A DNA stretch of 31,498 bases from Cardiobacteriaceae bacterium (GTDB lineage: Bacteria > Pseudomonadota > Gammaproteobacteria > Cardiobacteriales > Cardiobacteriaceae): NCBI GenBank assembly GCA_017934275.1, contig JAGBJT010000060.1, positions 1 to 31,498 of the forward strand, written 5' to 3'. The position numbers and the translations under genes were made by a program. The stretch's first letter is position 1. Every line of letters starts with the position of its first letter. Positions 26,967-31,498 of the stretch are shown piece by piece. A model generated the notes under the pieces. It was not told the origin of the DNA, did not search any database, and was given only the letters and a program-made list of their open reading frames with translations.

Positions 26967-28256
26967 TTACACCGCTTGACCGCAATTACCGCAAAATTTT
27001 GCCCCCTGTGGCAATTTTTCATTGCAATTTGTGCAAGTTTTTTCCGCCTCAACCTTTGTGCCGCATTCACCGCAAAATTTGGCGTTTGCTGCAAGCTCTG
27101 CTCCGCAATTTGCACATTTTGCTGCCTGCGGTTTTTGGCTACCACAAGATGAACAGAATTTACCCGTTACCGTTGCACCGCAAGTACACAACCATTGATT
27201 TTGAGCGTTTTGATTTTGTGCTGCTGGCATCGCGGACTGTGCTTGTTGCTGCTGCATTTGCGCCATATTGACTTGCGAAGCATTCTGCATAAATCCGCCT
27301 GCTGCCTGCATTCCCAAGCCCATTCCCATAAACGCGCCCATTGGACCGCCACCGCCTTCGTTTGAACCAGCATTTTCGAAACCGCGCGCAATTGAAGTTT
27401 GCACATATGTTTCGCGCAAATTCGGATCGGAAAGCATTGCCGCTTTGTTTCTTTCGTTGATGAGATTTTTGCTTTCTTCGTCGTAGGAAATACTAGAAAT
27501 ACCGACCGCTTGCACTTCAAAACCGCGCATTTTTTTCCAATCATCATCCAAAGTGTCCTGCATAAATTTGGACAATTCCCGACCTTTGCTCGGCAAAAAC
27601 GAAATTCTTATTCCTTCCGCTGACATTTGATTTACAACTGCTTGCAGAGCTTCTAAAAATTCGTTCAAATATTGCTGATTGATGTCGTCGATATGGACTT
27701 TTGCGGTATTTCTAGGAATTGCTTCTTGGAAGAATAAAATCGGATCGGTAACCTTGATTGAATAAGTTCCGAATGTTCTTAAAAATAATTCTGAGTTATA
27801 AAATAAGTCAAAATATTGCAGAGGATTTGGCGTTCCGAATTTAATTCCTTTTATTTCCTGCAAATTGATGTAATAGACTTCTTGCTTACCTGACGGTGTG
27901 CCCGAAAACTTAAATCTATTCCAAGCATCCTTTAATGAGTCCTTAAATTGACCATTAAATATACTCGGTGCGGAATTATTAGAGACCTTGAAATATCCAG
28001 GTTCAGCTGAATAATCCACAATTTTTCCACCATCAACCAGCATCATAAATTGGTTCTGATTAACATAAATAATCGAACCGTCGGTGATTAAATCGGAAGA
28101 ACCTTTGCGGTTGGTGTTGCGTTTTTCACCGCGGCGCACCTGCTCACCCTTGCACATCACAACGCCTTCTTGCATTTCGGTCGCTTCGATAACATCAAGC
28201 CATTGATCGGCAAGAGTTCCACCTATTGCACCTGCAGCAGCTGAAAGTAAGCCCAT
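26967..28256 (-). CDS. SPFH/band-7 (flotillin-like; 'virion core protein'-type, YdjI-like) protein with a Q/N/M/G-rich linker and three C-terminal zinc ribbons (429 aa)
   Basis: N-terminal MGLLSAAAGAIGGTLADQWLDV…, typical of this SPFH subfamily. Low-complexity region GGGGPMGAFMGMGLGMQAAGG…QMQQQQAQ. Three CxxC-N~10-CxxC units (CTCG…CSSCG; CANCG…CGECG; CTNCN…CGNCG). Start at the internal Met with an AGGAG RBS. Confidence 0.65.
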   Translation of the reverse strand: MGLLSAAAGAIGGTLADQWLDVIEATEMQEGVVMCKGEQVRRGEKRNTNRKGSSDLITDGSIIYVNQNQFMMLVDGGKIVDYSAEPGYFKVSNNSAPSIFNGQFKDSLKDAWNRFKFSGTPSGKQEVYYINLQEIKGIKFGTPNPLQYFDLFYNSELFLRTFGTYSIKVTDPILFFQEAIPRNTAKVHIDDINQQYLNEFLEALQAVVNQMSAEGIRISFLPSKGRELSKFMQDTLDDDWKKMRGFEVQAVGISSISYDEESKNLINERNKAAMLSDPNLRETYVQTSIARGFENAGSNEGGGGPMGAFMGMGLGMQAAGGFMQNASQVNMAQMQQQQAQSAMPAAQNQNAQNQWLCTCGATVTGKFCSSCGSQKPQAAKCANCGAELAANAKFCGECGTKVEAEKTCTNCNEKLPQGAKFCGNCGQAV

Positions 28257-28302
28257 AAATATCTCCTTAAAATATAAACCAACAGAACTAATTAGATACA
28301 AA

Positions 28303-28335
28303 AAAACCGCCCGTTTTGAGGCGGTTTTTCAATCA
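28303..28335 (-). terminator. Bidirectional rho-independent terminator downstream of lpdA
   Basis: AAACCGCC-CGTTTTGA-GGCGGTTT hairpin with flanking T/A tracts. Confidence 0.7.
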
Positions 28336-28339
28336 ATTT

Positions 28340-29779
<1,440 letters not shown>

Positions 29780-29894
29780 TTAAGAAGTGATAAAAAAGCG
29801 CGCATTCTACATTGAATTCGCTTGACAGAACAGTTTTTCAGCCCAAAAGCTGCCCATCGAAAAGCATAAATATATCTTATAAATAATGATGAAT

Positions 29895-29983
29895 AATCAC
29901 ATTTTACGAAGGAAAAATGTGATTATTTGCCAATTTTTCCAATGAAAAATGTAAATATTTGCCATTTTTTCCAATAAAATATT
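29895..29983. promoter_or_regulatory. Operator-like palindrome plus two ~28-bp direct repeats upstream of the AAA ATPase gene
   Basis: Inverted repeat AATCACATTTT-N8-AAAATGTGATT at 29895-29924. Direct repeats ATTTGCCAATTTTTCCAATGAAAAATGT (29925-29952) and ATTTGCCATTTTTCCAATAAAATATTGT (29956-29983). Both are 30-120 bp upstream of the ATG at 30016. Confidence 0.45.
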
Positions 29984-30015
29984 GTCGATTTTGACGATTT
30001 TTTGAAGGTATTTTT

Positions 30016-31311
30016 ATGAAACGCTTGATTTTTCAACAACTTCTGGATTGGAAAAACAACCCAAATCGCAAACCTTTAATCATTCAAGGAGCACGGCAAG
30101 TCGGTAAAACTTGGCTGATGAAAGAATTCGGCAGGCAACATTATCAAAAGACAGCTTATATTAGTTTTACCGATAGCCCAGAAGCGGCGCAGATTTTCGA
30201 CGGAAATTATGATTTAGACCGTATTTTGTTGCACTTAAAAATTTTCAGCAATACGGAAATTCAAGCCGATGACACTTTGATTGTTTTGGATGAAATTCAA
30301 GAATGCGAAAGAGCCTTGAATTCTCTGAAATTTTTTAATGAAAATGCCAAAAATTATCACATCATCGCGGCTGGCAGTTTGTTGGGAGTTGCGGTTAGAA
30401 AAAAACAATACTCTTTTCCTGTTGGACAAGTGGATTTTTTGAATTTATATCCCCTAAATTTCAAGGAATTTTTAACTGCTATCGGTGAAGAAAAATTATC
30501 CCATTTGTTGCTACATAAAGATTGGCAAAGTATAAAAATATTCCATCAAAAATATATCAATTTATTAAAACAATATATGTTTATTGGCGGTATGCCCGAA
30601 GCGGTGCAATCCTTTGTGGATTTTCAAGATTTCAATAAAGTCCGAAGCATACAAAATAATATCTTGATTGGATACAGAGAAGATTTTTCTAAATACACGG
30701 AAGCAAAAAATATTCCAAAAATAATGGCAGTTTGGAATTCATTACCTGCGCAATTGTCCAAAGAAAATAAAAAATTTACTTATCAACAAATTCAAAAAGG
30801 GGCAAGAGCAAGAGAATATGAAAACGCAATAGAGTGGTTAGTTTTAACGGGACTAGTGCATAAAATAAATCGGATTAGCAAACCAAATTTACCCTTATTG
30901 TCCTATCAAGATAATAATTTCAAGTTATATTTATTGGATACGGGATTGTTATCGGCATTGTCAATGCTCGATGCTCAAACAATTATCAACGGCGATAAAA
31001 TTTTTTCGGAATTCAAAGGAGCTTTAACCGAGCAATTTGTTTTGCAAGAATTAAAAAATAATCCATATATGCCAATTACTTATTGGGCGGCAGAAAACGC
31101 AATGGCAGAAGTTGATTTTGTCATTCAATATAAGCAACAAGTTATTCCAATAGAAGTTAAATCAGCACTTAATTTAAGAGCCAAGAGCCTTGCTTCTTAC
31201 CGCAGTAAATATCAGCCAGAGATTGCAATTCGCAGTTCGCTTGCCAACTTTGAAATCAACCAAGATTTGCACAATATTCCTTTATACGCTATCGGCGATA
31301 TTTGCAATTAA
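30016..31311 (+). CDS. AAA-family ATPase, DUF4143 (AAA_14) type (431 aa)
   Basis: Walker A GARQVGKTW, Walker B LIVLDEIQ, and a C-terminal DUF4143-like region typical of this widespread accessory ATPase family. AT-rich relative to lpdA. Confidence 0.7.
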   Translation: MKRLIFQQLLDWKNNPNRKPLIIQGARQVGKTWLMKEFGRQHYQKTAYISFTDSPEAAQIFDGNYDLDRILLHLKIFSNTEIQADDTLIVLDEIQECERALNSLKFFNENAKNYHIIAAGSLLGVAVRKKQYSFPVGQVDFLNLYPLNFKEFLTAIGEEKLSHLLLHKDWQSIKIFHQKYINLLKQYMFIGGMPEAVQSFVDFQDFNKVRSIQNNILIGYREDFSKYTEAKNIPKIMAVWNSLPAQLSKENKKFTYQQIQKGARAREYENAIEWLVLTGLVHKINRISKPNLPLLSYQDNNFKLYLLDTGLLSALSMLDAQTIINGDKIFSEFKGALTEQFVLQELKNNPYMPITYWAAENAMAEVDFVIQYKQQVIPIEVKSALNLRAKSLASYRSKYQPEIAIRSSLANFEINQDLHNIPLYAIGDICN

Positions 31312-31312
31312 C

Positions 31313-31353
31313 AAAAAAAGCGAAAAGAATTTCCTCTTTTCGCTTTTTAAATT
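31313..31353 (+). terminator. Rho-independent terminator after the ATPase gene
   Basis: AAGCGAAAAG-N8-CTTTTCGCTT 10-bp stem followed by TTTAAATTTTT. Confidence 0.7.
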
Positions 31354-31498
31354 TTTCAGCTGTTTGATTATTTTACCGTATATCTTCTGCTAATAATTTC
31401 CAGCTGTTATGGTTTATTTTTACCGTTCTTTATTTGAAATTATAACGGACTCCGATATTTCCGCTCACCCCTCTTTCTTTACCGACTGAGCCTTTAAC

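Noticed and set aside
31354-31498. Possible tRNA or element at the window end (…CCGACTGAGCCTTTAAC)
   Set aside because: The sequence is truncated, has no convincing cloverleaf or inverted-repeat structure, and similarity to the MITE TIRs is superficial. It cannot be called.

Overview
This 31.5-kb window looks like chromosomal DNA from a low-GC proteobacterium. The hisIE-tatABC linkage, Neisseriaceae-like codon style and Correia-like MITEs point to a betaproteobacterium, but I saw no DUS or USS motif to narrow it further. Most of the window is core housekeeping. On the minus strand lies rpmH-rnpA-yidD-yidC, but without the usual flanking dnaA or mnmE. Also on the minus strand are yceD-rpmF-plsX-fabH, ampD, argH and lpdA. 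On the plus strand are dtd, hemC, ackA-pta, hisIE, tatA-tatB-tatC and gshA. Accessory or unusual content, in window order: (1) Two copies of a ~105-bp MITE-like element with 22-bp terminal inverted repeats. One supplies the last codons and stop of a small ORF at the window start. The other sits exactly at the tatB stop codon, between tatB and tatC. (2) An AT-rich ampD promoter region carrying a head-to-tail array of DnaA-box 9-mers, including a perfect TTATCCACA. (3) A Gly-zipper lipoprotein gene containing in-frame 39-bp tandem repeats. (4) A Tat-signal class-A-beta-lactamase-like hydrolase immediately downstream of ampD. (5) An AT-rich, apparently horizontally acquired 724-aa protein with a kinase / lambda-type phosphatase / ligase-like nucleotidyltransferase architecture. 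This is the bacterial Pnkp RNA-repair layout, but with no Hen1 partner nearby. (6) A minus-strand cluster encoding an SPFH/band-7 protein with three C-terminal zinc ribbons, two small proteins, a double-zinc-ribbon membrane protein, a TPM-domain protein and a PepSY protein. It resembles the Bacillus ydjGHI (PspA-associated) module but has no pspA. It is followed by a secreted trypsin-like protease and an unknown polytopic membrane protein. (7) An AT-rich DUF4143-type AAA ATPase gene with an upstream operator-like palindrome and direct repeats. All functional calls are based on motif recognition by eye. No database searches were run.
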